A DNA stretch of 64,000 nucleotides from Tubiluchus corallicola (Eukaryota; Animalia; Priapulida), in NCBI GenBank assembly GCA_030141605.1, contig JAQGDQ010000213.1:315880-379879 (forward strand), in the 5' to 3' direction. The notes beneath the pieces are model-generated. The model did not search any database. It saw nothing but the letters and a program-made list of their open reading frames with translations, and was not told the origin of the DNA. The position numbers and the translations under genes are program-made. Shown here one piece after another: positions 41,381 to 55,888 of the stretch. The first letter of the stretch is position 1. Each line of letters starts with the position of its first letter.

Positions 41381-42179
41381 TCCATGGGTATGTAATTCTA
41401 CAGCAGGAGTGACTGTAACATTTTCAAAATTGAGTTGCGAGCTAAGATTAGTTACAATAAGTTAGTAGACCCGTTTAATGTGCAATACATAATTATCCTA
41501 ACACAGAATATTGTACGTAAGCATTACAACTCAATTTTCATTTTTTATCTAATAAAAAAATTATCTAGTGTCCAGATACAGTTTACGATTGCCTCATATG
41601 TATGTCTAGCACGCTCACACAATAATCGCTCATCTTGTCACAAATGTGTTAACAGATTTGATTTTGTGCAAGAAACGAATATTGGAAAATTGTTGTTTTT
41701 GCGAAATTATTAATTTTACAATGGATAATTGCGTTTTATTCTCCCACACAATGCGCAGTACCAGTGTATTTTTCGTGGAAGGTGCAATTCGTGGAACAGA
41801 GAAATTAAGCGTGCTTCAATTTAAGTTGTCAAAACTGCGTGAACTATGTCTATTTTTACGAATATATACGTAACAGCAAAAGTTTTGTATACGTAACACC
41901 ATTTTTTATTTTATACACCTGTAGATAGTGCTCTTATTGTTGTTAAAAATACAAAATTGGGGAAATAACGTAACAACTGTTCTGACAGTAATGTCTATAC
42001 TGTCAATCAAATCCAGCCTTTTACATGTTTGGGGGGGGGGCATTTCTTGAAGAAATAGACAAACAAATAGCGATCCTGGAAGAAGTAACTATAACAGAAG
42101 TGTCGTAGATTGCCCCTATGACTTTTCAGTCTTGTGTTATTTAGTGTTGCATTGGTTGGTGGTGATCTTAAGTGGGTTA

Positions 42180-42911
42180 AAACAAGTTTGACTCGAATTA
42201 TTGGTCGAGGAACTCGCTGACCTGAGAAACAACGTCAGTGTCGCCATTTTGAATTTAAGATGGCACGTCAAAAATCCAACTCTGCGAATCGATGCAAAAC
42301 TCGTTCTACTATATTCCCGTAGAGTTTCATGCCTCTTTTCGAAAATAATATCACGCCGCCCTCTTGAATTCAAAATCGCAGGTCGAAAATTCCCTCAGTC
42401 CCTCATTTTCTTTAGTATGATCCTGCGAAGTTCCTGACCATCTGTTGAAAACTGGTGGAAAACAGCCTTTTTTGAAAAATAATGTTTTTGTCATCATTCT
42501 GAATTTAGAAAGACGGATCGAAAAACTGACACTATCAGTGGATGCGGAATTTCTTTTAGTATATTCCTATAAAATTTTATGGCGATTAGATCCATTTCGA
42601 GTTGGCAGTGCCTTAGGCTTTTTTCGGAAATAATGGTATTGCCTCCATTTTAAATTCAAAACGGCAAAATGAAAATTCAAGACTGTCGGCCGAAGCTGAA
42701 TTCATACTTGTATAGTCTTGTAAAGTTTGACAAAGATCCATTTCGAGTTGACGAAGCCTTATGCTTTTTTAAATGCAAAATGGAGGTTGTTTACTCGTGT
42801 AATGTTTTATATTGACCAACTGCAGAGCCCCAGTCTTTTTCAAAACGGTTATCCCGAGAACAAGAGCAACATCCAGATGAATAGCGATTTGGTCGAGCCT
42901 CGACCAATAAC
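42180..42911. mobile_element. Helentron-associated non-autonomous element (HINE/DINE-1-like)
   Basis: Perfect 13-bp asymmetric inverted repeat ttattggtcgagg (42198) / cctcgaccaataa (42898), terminal hairpin ttggtcgag-c-ctcgaccaa, and internal diverged tandem units (ccattttgaatt...tatattcc...gatccatttcgagttg). Confidence 0.75.
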
Positions 42912-44194
42912 ATACTGAGCAATAATGTTATAGTGTCTACAGTGCTTTTTGCATTCGCGCTATTCGATTCACTGACATATTCTCTGTAAATCAGCCATCT
43001 TCATCACTTCGTTTAGTTAAATTTCACTGCGTTATCTTAAAGCAAAATACTAAACCTAAACGTATTTTTGTGGTTAAGAAAACTGTAATGATATTCTCTA
43101 TTTTACACAAAACTATAATTGAAAAATGAAAGAGCCGGTAGAGAGTTTCATCAACTGTCTCTAAGATTTTGCCATCCTTCTGTACCTTGAAAGACCGCCA
43201 AGTGGATAGTTTAGAATGGTTTTCTGCTCTATTGATTATTTCATTTTCATGAGTTGATGGTAACACTACATTTAACTAGTTTAGTTTCAATCAAGCTATT
43301 GGAACATAGGGTACAAACTAGCATATGATTATCGATCCAAATGAAACTGATCCGCGTCAATATTGCACGTATCCATACAAATGACGTTGCCTGACGAGTC
43401 CATGCACAGAAATACAGGATGTAACACTATTTTTTGTTAATGGGGAATGGTGCACAAAACAACGTGATACAGAACAATTTGTTTGACCAGAGTACTAGGA
43501 ATCTTCAAAATTTTGTGTGTGTGTCTTGCCCAGGCTGCAAACTTGAGGGTATGATGTAAATTGTTCTGCACCACTGCTTGTTTTTGCATTCACTTCCCTC
43601 CATTAATAAAAGGATAATTGTGTTACAATTAAGGATTGTTCATGGAGGCTGCAAAGCCATACAGCCGCTTAGAAGATTCTACACTTATTTTATATTTTCA
43701 GGCAATTTAGCTCAGTCAATCCAGTCAGTCAGTTTTTAAGTGGTCACGTGAAGAAATTTCCACAACATCGTTTTCACTTATACCATGTACAGAAAAAAAG
43801 TTGATCAACACAGTAAAAGCCTGTGCGGCAGAAAACCCCTAAAACTGCGAAAAACCATCGGCCATTGCCAAAAAATGAGAATTTTACTGTAAATCTGCAA
43901 AAGCGTCCAAAGAACGTCAAACTGCGGGTACACCCATGCCTTTAAGATCAAAGAAAACAATGGTATCGGATATTTCTTACATTGTCAGAATTCCTCAGAA
44001 CTCTAAAAATGAAAAATACATCCGCCATTAGCAAAAATGGTTTGCGCTGTAACTATGTAATGAAATGAATAAAAAATGGTTAGATTTGTGTCCTCGCCAA
44101 TGTTTGCAAAGGTTACTGACACTGCAGGGCGCTATCAGCATTATATTTTATTGTATTAGTTGAATTATATTGCCTACGTCACGGAAACCTTTTA

Positions 44195-45000
44195 CTAGTA
44201 GGCCCAACGTTGGCCGTGTGTGCCACTTGTCACATCGGCCCACTAAGGGCAGTCAATGTTGGTCCAGCGTTGTTCTGTTCATTGGCGCAACTTCAGCCCA
44301 TTGTCGGGTTGGACCAGCGTTGGTTCCAATATCGGACCGACTTTTACATTGAAATTGCCTACAGGAACAATATATAGCCTTCAATGGTCGATATCGGTGT
44401 AACGATGGTGTTAACGTTGACCCAGTTCATGTATATGCTTGAATGAAGACAGCACATGGTCAACGTGTTGCCAACGTTGGATCAGAACAACATGTCCCAC
44501 TGGTTTTAGCGTTGGCCCAGCATTAACCTGCCCGTAGATGCAACATCGTCTTGTCTCTCAGCTTTTCGCTGAAATTTGCTTAGGCACTATATATAGTCAC
44601 CGATTGGCTAAAGTCGGTGTTACTATTGGTCCAGCATGTGCTTGAATGAAGACAGCACAGGGCCAACGGCAGTCCCGGCGTTATTCTGCTCTCAGATGCA
44701 ACATCGGCCCACCTTTTACATTGAAACTTGCTTAGGCATAATATACAGCCTTCAATGGGCCCATCTGGTACATCACTGGTTTACCGCTTGAAATAAAGAG
44801 CGCAGGACCAACTTTGGTACCAACTTTCGCCCAGCACAACCTGCAGTGGGTCAACATTGATTTTAATGTCGGCACAGCATGATTTGAAGAAATATACAGG
44901 CAGTATTGGACCAACGTTGGTACCAACACTGGCCCAACTTCTCAGTGAAATAGATTGGTAGCCACTTAGGGCTAAGGTCAGTATTAACGTTGGCCCATAT
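44195..45000. repeat. Diverged tandem array rich in ccaacgttgg-type palindromes (probable DNA-transposon derivative)
   Basis: Recurrent ccaacgttgg/ccagcgttg. cttttacattgaaa..ata.agccttcaatgg occurs at about 44341 and 44714; gcttgaatgaagacagcaca at 44437 and 44640. Confidence 0.65.
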
Positions 45001-45029
45001 CTGTATAATGAATTTCGGTGGTATATATA

Positions 45030-46090
45030 TATATATCAAAGGAAAGGTCTCGATCTAGTGTGGTCTCATTGGGGTTTATTTTTCGAATTGGGCCCATCGG
45101 GACGAATGTGTGACGAAAAACTTCCAAAAATGGACATTTTCGGCCAGTTTTTGCAAAACTTATACCTCTTATTTCTGGAGAACGGGACCCGGGGGTGGTG
45201 CCAGCAATGGTTAAATAGCCCGTTTAATGGTGGGTGTAGTAGGTGTATTCGGAATTCGCCACGACGTCCTGTGACGGGCGTTTTCCTGGACCCAATCACG
45301 CAAATTTTGCAAAAAACTGCTCAACCACCCTCTAGAAAAACTCAATTTGTGCAACTGTTTGGGCATGTTGGGAAAAAATAAGCACACTCACAAAAAGAGA
45401 ACGAAGCGGTCTTCAAGGTTTCACTAGGAGAGATGTCCACTAGTGACTAGACGAAACGGGAAGCGTATATTTCAAAGTTCTTTTTCAGCCCCCTAAGCTG
45501 CACGCTATTTGGAACATCCACTGTCATTAAGTTTGATAAATTTCGTGACTGTTCCAGGCATTGTTGTCACCCGCCGTTCGACTGTGTTATAGATTTTACA
45601 TGTAAGTAAATTCTGTTAGTCTATTATCATTTGAGGAACAATAAAAAACTATGTAGAATGTGTGTGCATTATTGATCATTGGTAGACAGACTAATAGCAT
45701 TTATTATAGCACACAATTTGACTTTGTGCAAAATGTTTTGAATGGTTTCGTTGTGATGCTGTGTTACTGGTGTTAGTGCTGTAGGTGTCGTCATTGTTGT
45801 TGTCATCAACACCATCATCACCATGTGATGTGGTGAGTGTGGTGAGCGTGCTGTGGAAGGTGTGGTGGGGAAGTTGGGTGGGTGTAGTGTTGATGGAGTG
45901 GTGTGGTGAGTTTGGTCTGGGTGGTGTGGTGTGGTGTGGTATTGATGGTGTGGTGTGGGTGATGTGGTGTGGATAATGTGGTGTAGAGTGGTGTGGTTGG
46001 TGTGCTATGGTGTGGGTCGTGCGTTGTGAGTGGGGTGGTGGATGGTTGTGTGGTGTGGTGTGGGTTGTTGTTGTGAGTTTATGCGCATTT
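45030..46090. mobile_element. Dispersed repeat, copy 2 (inverted relative to 21190-21990), with an expanded (TGGTG)n tract at about 45780-46075
   Basis: Colinear similarity with copy 1. Confidence 0.7.
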
Positions 46091-49000
46091 TTTGCGGGGT
46101 TTAGCTAGTACATATTAATTACCCTTGAAGACAAATGCAGTTCATGGAACCACGTCAGTCTAAGTATGACCCCAATATCTGAATAATTTTTGTTCAACAT
46201 ATACGCGGAACATTCAAGAGCTTGAATGACACGAATGTGAAAATGGTTTGCGTATTTGTTAATAAAGGACAGGGCTGATATACACACTGCAGATTTTCAC
46301 AAGTCATAAGTTGCATCTGACTCAAGACTGATCATAAGAACTAATAACTAATCTTACTACCAAATATTATAGCTACTAAATCAAGAAATCAAAGTACTTA
46401 AAGTACCTATTTATTTATTTATTACAGTGCCCTGTAACTAGTGGAAGCACCATTGACAATGATGGTGCACTGACCGTTATGAAAATATTGCTGCACAAAA
46501 AGTTGATCATTATATTCTCTGATCAAACGTGGGTGTGGATACAACTTTAGCTACATTTATTAGGCACTTTATTAGTCAGTTACAAGGCGAAACCTCCCAT
46601 TTTTGGTAATGACGGGCATATTATCATTTTTAGGTTTCTGGGATGTTTTTATAATCTTGGAAAGTCACCATTGCTTCCTTGACCTTAAGAATTTAGGTGA
46701 CCATGCAGTTTAGCCTTTTTAGACACTTTTTTGCTGAGTTATGGCAAAATCCCCTTTCTTTGGCAATGTCGAAATGTCTTAGCCATGTTCGGATGCACAT
46801 CGTTACGGTGCTAAGTAAGCAGACGCTCCCAGCATGACGAAATGAAATCTCACAGAGACAGGGTCGAACCCAAGGTGACCAGAAGCTATTTACGCGAAGC
46901 ACAGAAGATGAACTAACTTTTGTCATATCTTTTAGAAGTCTTTTAAAACGGGGAAGCCTAGGTATGATGTTAAGTGGGTAAAAATAAGGTACAGATCAAA
47001 AATGGCATAATGTATATCAGAGACGTTTGTGCTCGAGGACATTATATTCTCCTTGTATAATACGTCATAGTAAAGACTAAAAATACGTAAACAAAGTTTA
47101 ACAAAGGCCCGCTCTTGGCATTTTGCTAATAATTTAACAGTAAAATTAATTGAAAAAATTGTTTGCGTACTTTAAGTTAGGAAAATTGGAATTTAAGATT
47201 TTGAGGAAATGACTGACATGCAAATTGACACTTTTTACTGTGTAAAGCGTATATCGTAAATTTGTAAAATAATAATATTTCTTGGCTATAGTAATCTTAA
47301 TAATGTGCTAAAAACGGAATCTAATTGCTGCAAATATTGTAATTGTTATTATGAAATACATTGCGCTCTTCCACTGAATGAATGGAAACCACAAAACAGC
47401 GCCGTTTATTTGTGTTGGACACTATTACATCCCCGAGGTGAACAAGTCTTTGCTTTCCATTTTGCACTTAAATCCTTTGTTGATAAATGCTCAGTGCAAG
47501 TAGCAGCAGTTTTTATTAAAGCATTCTTATTTAACCATGCAAAGTCACGCTATGTAACATATCAACTAAAGAACAAATATTGTCTCCCGAGGAAGTTTCC
47601 TTTTAAGGTATGAGTCGAGTCTAGGGAGTCGTACTAATAAATTAAGTATCTAAGTGATCCCATAGAACAATAGAAATGAAAATAAATAACTAGGTCGTAT
47701 ATAATATTAGGTCAAAAATGTATGGTATACGTATGGAAGTGGGTCCTAACGAACGAAACGACTAGATAAAATATGCTCATGTCAGAGATGGAAAATTTAA
47801 AAATGGAAACTAAAGAGTTTGGTAGCATTCATTTTTGCAATCGCTAACTACTTTTGTTAATAGCGCCGCTTAATTTTGCAATCACGCATTGTAAGATTTT
47901 TGTGCAGGTTGCGTACTTTGCTGTCTAAAAAAAGACTTGTAAACTGTTATTATTTTTGTGTTCAAAAATGGGCCGTTGACATTTTTGTCCCATAGAAGTT
48001 GTGAGATTATTAAATACAGTCTCACAACTTCTATACGTACCAAGAACTACTTTCCAAATATCCGTCGAGCTTTCTACATTGGCGTCCTTTTGCATTCTAA
48101 AAAACTGACGGGCAAGACCTATAACACATACACCCACGCAATCAGTTATTGACACACATTTAAATATAGTTGGAGCAACTAACTCAAATTGGCTGTGTAA
48201 GTTTTTGTTTGATTCCGAGCATAAAAACTAGTTATTGACTGTTGGGGTACCTGTTCTATAATAGCTCTCAAACAAAAACTCATATTGAAAATGATTAGAA
48301 ACATCAGGTAAAGGACACGTGTTTTTTACTTGAGTGACCCGGATATAGATTTAAATTTATTTTATTCGTCGACATAATACAATGTATAATGCAAAATTTA
48401 ACACAACTGTATTGAGACGGGGCGGGAAAAGCTGATGTAGGGTCACCTTGCAGGCACCACTAATTATAAGTTTTACTATTAGTTTAACTAATTAAGCGAT
48501 GTGTGAGAGATTTATGTAATTTATATAATTAATCCAGCTATATAATGAAATCATCATATGTTTTAATAAATTAGTAACTTCAACGTTTAATTTGTTAGTA
48601 TTTATATATTTATATAATATGTGACACACACCTAGATGATGTAACGTACAGTCGTACGCAAATAAATAACCAATGAAACTTACACAGTACAGTTGACATG
48701 ATCGACTGTGCAAGTCACAAGAATTACACGACAAGAACAAAATCTCAATGACATTAGAAAAAAGAACTTTACATGGTAAAGTGCATACAGTCAACACATT
48801 TAGCACACATAACACATTTAACTTGCTTGAACAGCTAACATGACAGCGAATATCCTTGGCAGTAAAATCATTGGCATCAATCCCTAATACCCACACATAT
48901 AGCAAACATAAATAGCCAAACATAAATGGAATGAATAAACAGCAGATTCGGACTACATTTTGTAATAATTACTGTCGTTATCACCTGGTTTAGTACTTAC

Positions 49001-49769
49001 TACTGATACATTGCTAAGCGCGTCTTACTCTGGTCTTTGTACACATGTAATATATAAAAATGTTTAGCGATCTAGTTATCGCGTACGCGTACATGTGTAA
49101 TCATAGATTTTTGAGATGGAAAACGAGAATCCCATGGAGGTGCTATTCTGGCATGTTCACATGAGAATCCACGAGAATACGAAACACGTTGTGCATGTGC
49201 ATGCGGACGAGACGAGAATTTCTCGTTATAAGCTTAGTGGCTGATATTTGAACGGCGGTCGGATGGATGGACAGACAGATAGATATTCCAAAATTTGGCT
49301 CCGACATCTTTTAAATAATAACGGTTTGAGGTACCACAGTACCAATGTCTTCGCTATCTTAGATTTGGAAGCCACAGAAGGAGCAGTTTTAGAAGTTTTT
49401 CGACCGTTGCTAAGCAGCTGTTTTGAATACGGTAACTAAGTTTCTCACTGTACAACCAGTGCCCAGTTACCTGAGCTGTGCAAGTGTGGGAGGAACTGGA
49501 TTGACGGCCTCCGAGAAATAATTTGAACAGGCAGGCAGACTGTCAAATACATAGAGGGACAGACAGACAGATAAGGTCGACTAAGTTCGGCCTTCGAATC
49601 ACAAACACGTGCAATCTCGCTGTTACTTAAAACCGGGGGAAATCATCACTAGCATCCGATTACTAAGCAAAGCCAATTTAATTAAAATCAAGTAAAAAGT
49701 AAATGGACAGAATAGTGCCACGCCATCACTCATCAGAAGGAAACAAAAGATAAAGACTACGCTTTCTGA

Positions 49770-50292
49770 CTTTTTTTACCCACACCCTCCGTCCATCCCT
49801 CAAAGGATAATAGAGTTGTTACGCAAAGTAATTTTTTCGTCTCACCACAATATAGTTTGGCATATTTTTAACGAAAACCGTCACATTAATTATCAATCGC
49901 CTATCGCCTTGTTAAATAAAACAATTTGCGCGATACGGTGGTAGATGAATAGATCACAAATCGATCCAAAGGAATCGTCTGCATAGACATGGAATACTAA
50001 CAACATAAAACCAAGATTGGTTTGTCACCTTTAACCTAAAGACGTAAACGATCATATTTTGCCGACACCCTCCACTCAGCCCTCAAATGACAATAGTGTT
50101 TTTACACGCAGCAATTTATTTCGTCTTACTACGACATACTTTGCACATTTTCCAATGAAAAATGTCACATTAATTTTTCAATCGTTCAACGTCTTATTAA
50201 GTAAAGCAAATTTGTGCAGCACATAGGTAGAAGAATAACTTCGAAACTGTACCAAAGGGATGTACACTGAAGTGGAATACTAACAACGTAAT
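49770..50292. repeat. Two-copy diverged tandem duplication, period about 285 bp
   Basis: cacaccctcc..ccctcaaa..tttcgtct..gtcacattaatt..tcaatcg..tggaatactaacaac occurs twice. Confidence 0.8.
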
Positions 50293-53200
50293 CGTTTATG
50301 TGTTTAAAAGATTGTAATGTTTTCAATTTAATTTAATTTCAAGCTTATCTCAGGAAAAGCCGTAGAACAAAAACATTACAAGTGCACAAAGTGCAGAAAG
50401 AAACAACAGAATACACATTATTTTCAATGAGTATAACTAAATGTTAATGATAATTATACATAATTATGTAAGTCCTCGCAACTCATTTTAAAATATGATT
50501 ATTAACACAAAATGCTCTATCAGATTTTGTCTATCATGTAATTTCAACTCTTTACTTGTCAACACACCAGAAAAGTGTCATTCTATAAGTGGCTTGATAC
50601 AGCACTTAGCCATACGCAAACTAATGCTGATGGTTAAAGCATTCAACTAATTATGAAAAACAGTCCTCTAAATGATGGACTGACAGGGGTCTTTTGAACA
50701 CATTTGGATAGATCAATAGCTAGCGCAGAATAATAGATGACACTGCACAAAAACAGTTCTCCGGCGGGCGCTAACCAATACAGGCAGACTTTGCATGCTA
50801 CCAATACATATCATGACAACTCTATTTTCTCACCCCGTTGTGCTCATCCGGCGTCAGTGTTGCGCCACAGTGAACAACATCAATGCAAATCAGAATTGTA
50901 GCGTGGAAAGTGCAACTTAAACTAAACCTGCTAGACTATCAAGTCAAAATTTAAATTCGTGGGCTGAATTTTTGCACTAAACAATTTGGACTAATTGTAA
51001 TTTGATGAGGTATTTATTTTGAGTTGTGTGCGCGGTTGCAACGTGGCTGGCTATTTTTATAGACGGAAATTTTATAAACAAACCAGTGTAGTGAGGAATT
51101 TTAATGATTGCTAAAATATGCACGTCTTCACGTCTTGTCTAAAAGGCACGTCCGAAAAATACAGCAAGTGGCTCATAATAAGATCGCTGTCAGATCGTTA
51201 CTATGGTCAGAAACTTTTTAGGCCCTTCATTTACTTATATGAAATGCATTAACAAAGTAGCGCGCCATTGATATACGATGCGCATGCAAAAAAACACAGA
51301 CTCGTGAATACCACAGCATTTCATCATGTCAAACAAAGTATATGAGACAACTTATCATGCCTGCTCGAGAACTCTGAATACTAAAACCTGTCGATGTAAC
51401 AAGCCTACCGCATCAGATATATTATAAGGAAGCAAAATTCCTCTTGTGACTGTAGTGAGGATAACAAAAACGGTTTACTGAAATAGGAAAATTCTGTGGA
51501 GTGATATGGAGTAGCAAATCATTTTTAATTCTCATTACAAAGAAAACTCGCTTATGCATGCTGCGCCTTTTAGTGATTTTGGCGGTCTTTTCCTTTCGTA
51601 TTTCTTAGTACCATAGTCTCCAAGTAAACAATAAGCTGAAGTGCTTCTCTGAGCCAACTTTTCAATAAAAGTTTCTAGCAAGTTGTTTGCTTCGCTTATC
51701 GACAACTTTTTTGAAGAATTTAAAGTTAGCTTGATCTAGCCTCTTACTTAATATATCTTTACTGAACCCAAACTAAACTAGCCTATTTTAATTTTATTTA
51801 ACATAACCAAAAGAAATCTAATATAACTCGATGCAAGCAAAACAAACCTAACCAACCCAACCAAGCTGCTTACTTTTAATTATTCACATTTCATCTAAGT
51901 AATGAAATTAGTTTGCTCGGGGCTCGGAGCTACCCGAGGCTCTGGTTTCTTGACTATTCTGTTAGGTACGCAGTAGGACACTTTGAACTTTATAGAGGGG
52001 AAGTAAAGCCGGTTAGATACATACTCAGGGACTGGGCAGGAATAGTTTAAACTTGGCTGGGTAGACAAATAGAGCTGTTGTCTAAGCTTTTTGTAATTAT
52101 CTGTTTAATAAATCAGTTTAGTTCCATTTTCACGTTAATACCTTGTTGGTTTGAGCACTGCTGTATCTTTGTTTTGCTGCATAGCTTTTACAGTGGTGGC
52201 ATCGCAACAGTTACCAATAACAGCCAATGACTTTTTTAAGTTATTCTTTAGAAGAGAGTATTTTGTTGGATTTCACTGCATTTACGTAAAAAAACTTAAG
52301 ACCGTAAGACCTTACGTAGGAACTTAAAAACCCATTTACAACAAGCGACATAAAAGTAGAACTAGGAACACACAGGACGTCAGAAATTATAACTTTGTTT
52401 ACGCGCCACAGTAGGCGTGTATGTGGCCACGTGGCTTTTGCTGAAGCCATTGTAACAGTCTAAGCTATTCGCAGTTCTTTCGAGCTTGGCTTCATGAAAA
52501 ACTAACGGTGTTACAATCGCTCTGCGTAGTCGCTTACGTATAAGCAAGAGTAGGATTACAGAAAAAACGCGTGTCGAACAAACAATTTTTTGTTGGTCTT
52601 GCTTTCACTTTTCAGTAATTTAGCTAATTTTTAACTCAACTCTTTGACCACTCTGACAAATTGCTGTTTGACTTCGTATATCCAGTGCAAAATATTCTTT
52701 GCGGGGTTAAAGAATGGGCATGCAGGTGTTTTTAAGTCCATCGCCATAACACGAAACCGAAGAAGTATGTAGAATAAATGATGAAGCTTTAACAAGTTTT
52801 ACCATTACATGCTCTGCCAAAGCTAAGGTATATGAGAATACAAGTGTTATGAATGAATAAGTCAGATTGCGAACGGAACAGACCTTTCTTTGGGAACTTA
52901 CTGCACGTGAGTAAACATTTGCTTAAATGCTTTCGCTGATTTGTTCTTAAATGATTATTTAGTTTTATAACTATTACTATAACTACTATTATAATAAGAC
53001 GAATTGGGCTGAATTAGAAAAATAAAGAACAGTTATTTTTCTAGCTTGCATTCTATCTTTATTGAATCTGTACACGTGTTTTTTAATTGTGTGATTGGGA
53101 ATGTTGACACGGATGTCGGATAACTTCACGATGAACAGTTTAAAACACATAAACACTCTTCATCAATGAAGCTTAAAAATCGTCTTGAAATTTTAGAACA

Positions 53201-55259
53201 TTTAAATGCCTTCTTCTTGCATACTGGGCTTGCGTTGGTAGTTCACTGTATTAAACTCATAATGTAACTGTAAATGCTCTAGTAACTCCCGCAAGACCGA
53301 CAGGTGCAGTCATTTTAACGGAAAGTCTTTTGAAACAAGTTTAGATAACATTGCGCAAAGTTTGAAAAATAACCAGAACATTCGAAGCACATGCTTAGCT
53401 AACTAAGGAAGCGAGGCAACGCAGTTTTACCAGGTGGCACGAACATTTTAAATTATTAAGAATTTTCTTTTTCAATTATATATGTCTTTCAAACAGGTAA
53501 GCGTAATGCTAAGTAATATAATTTTGTTTGGAAGGTTCTTCAGGATATACTTCAGTACATTTTGAGCGCCGCTTTAGCCAAACGTTTTTGTACGGCTCCA
53601 AACAGAATTTATTCTGGACGAACTGATAAATTTGCGCTATTCCTCTATTTCCTACAAGTGTCATTTGTTCACTGATCATTGATGGAACCGCCTGAATTCA
53701 TTTATCTAAAAAGCAGATTTGTCAAATTTTGTCAATGTGTAACGCGTTGTGTAATCTAAGACGGTGTGAGCAGGATGGTAGTGTTATTAATCTAACACGG
53801 TGAAACCTGCCAATGTTGTTGAATTCGTTCATGAATAGCGGTCGATTTTGCTGTGCAACTTTGTGGTATTGATTCAGTTACAGGATTTGTCAATTCACTA
53901 GTCTTACAAATTTTTGTTGTTATACTTGACAGGTCGTTATCTGCAAACTTACTCAGCTATACAAATCGTTCGTAAGACTGGAATGATATAATTACTGATA
54001 ATAATTATTTGTAAAAATTGTGGAAGTTCTGCATACACAGCTAAATGTGATTACTGCAGCCAGTGTATGATACAGATGTAAAGCGCGCCGTCTTCCTAGT
54101 TTTTTAAACACCGAAAACGATTTTAAATGTCATCGCCATGGTTGGTGTTGGTGTTCTTGTCGTTATAGTTATCGCCGTCGTTCTTACTGTTGCTATAAAA
54201 ATATTTTTTCAAGTAAACTATCATTTTTTTATTACACTTAGAGAGCTTCATTGTGAAACAGCCATGCAGACGTTCTTTCCTGAAAACCGGAAATTTACAA
54301 AGATGGCGGCTAGACATTTAGCGTAAAAATATTACTTTCAGTACATCACGAAAATTGGCAATGCAAGATATAATAGAAATTTAAATCAGACAAATTAAGT
54401 AAGAAAATACAAACATAACTTTCAATTCATAACTCATTTCATATTCAAGTTCATAATTTACATTCATTTTTGTATTTTATATAATGAGTTCAGATAAGAA
54501 CAGTTTAGTAATAAGTAAAGATTAGTGATATCAAAACAAAAAATCTAGAAATTTACTTAAATATTCAAAGACGTGCTAAACTGTAGTCAAGAGCATTTAA
54601 ACGCATGAAATAGTCCTAGTGGTTTGAAATTTCCAAAACAAATTCAAATCCACAAATTTTCTACAAACAATTTCTTGCGGACTTATGACTTCAAAAAGCC
54701 CCCAACGTTGAATTTGATAATTAGCTAAATTCACAGCGTAATCTTAAAATTCTGATAAAATAATTACAGAAACAGTTATAATTAATGTTTATATATTGTT
54801 CATTCGTGTATTTTGTTTATTATTTACGGTGTCATACGATAGCAATGCACATTAGCAGTTTCACCCCTGGTTCAGTTTCCAATCAAACGACGAATGCTTA
54901 GGCTGACGAGAATTCTGCCACATCTCTGACAGGGCTTTCAGATGCAGGAGACCTGTTATTCATTTTTTTGTTCAGTAGACGCCTCGCGTAACAGAGCTGA
55001 ACTGCGTTTCAGAAACAATTCAATCAAAGATTCCAGCTTCCATTATTTCCATTACCAACTAATCTCTAATTATTTTCGATCATTCAGTTGCTAGAAAAGT
55101 ACCAGCATTATCTTAACTCTGGATTTTAAAAATATGCAAAAACCAGGAAAATTTTCAGCTCACGGTTTCCACTTTCCTGAATATAAAAAACACTCCACAA
55201 AGTTCAATTAACAATTGATTATATTATATTAAATATAAGCGCTTTCGGAAGCATTCTAC

Positions 55260-55888
55260 GCTCACAAAATAACTAAAGTGACAATAACTACACAGTAATT
55301 TGTCTTGCGTAAATTTGTAAAATGGTAAGCTTAGGCTGACATTTGTAGTTCTCTCTCATAAGCATAGTGTTAAGACAGGGTTTTAGTGATACACAGTAAT
55401 ATTCCTCAAGACTGGCAAAAGCATTCCTGACTGTGTTCATTACCGAGAAAGAACAGAAAAGTGTGTCTGCAGCACCACCCAACTGTAAATGGTTGCTGGC
55501 TGGCTTATAGAAATTGCTGTCCAGGCTATGAACCTTGTTACCTTTGCCAGACAAGAAGACATTGTCTCTATTGCATGCATGAATATAGATTATCAGGTCT
55601 TCTTCAGCACTATTTGCAGCGTGGTGGTACTATAGATACATCTTCTTATTTTTCTCAGTAATGAAGAAAGGTAAGAATGCTTTTGATATTGTCATTCTTG
55701 AGAAATGTTAGATCATTAAAGCTCTCTCTTAACACTATGCTTATGAGAGAGGACTACAGATATCAACTAACGCTTACCATTTTTAAATTTAAAATATGAA
55801 ATAGAACTGGATTGAAATGAGTACTTCAACTAGAATTTCATAAGATAAACCACGTTGTAATTATTGTCACTTCAATTATTTTGTGAAA
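55260..55888. mobile_element. Long-TIR non-autonomous element with a unique core of about 340 bp
   Basis: tcacaaaataa.t.aagtgacaataa and aaaatggtaagc..tgtagt.ctctctcataagcatagtgttaaga on the left are mirrored at 55722-55790 and 55855-55886. Confidence 0.8.

Noticed and set aside
49110-49236. acgag-rich hAT-like MITE
   Set aside because: Only one plausible end; no matching TIR or TSD found.
50833-50930. Possible - strand exon FSLSCTFHATILICIDVVHCGATLTPDEHNG
   Set aside because: Splice sites are plausible but the phase does not fit the 63003 exon and no homology is recognisable. A similar candidate at about 40687-40753 was dropped for lack of support.
52000-52900. Possible decayed hAT-like transposase on the - strand
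   Set aside because: Only vague motif resemblance (IGNCCDATT) amid many stops; cannot be supported without a search.
54299-54311. YY1-like motif aagatggcggc as a promoter
   Set aside because: Isolated motif with no adjacent exon; such words are common in repeats.
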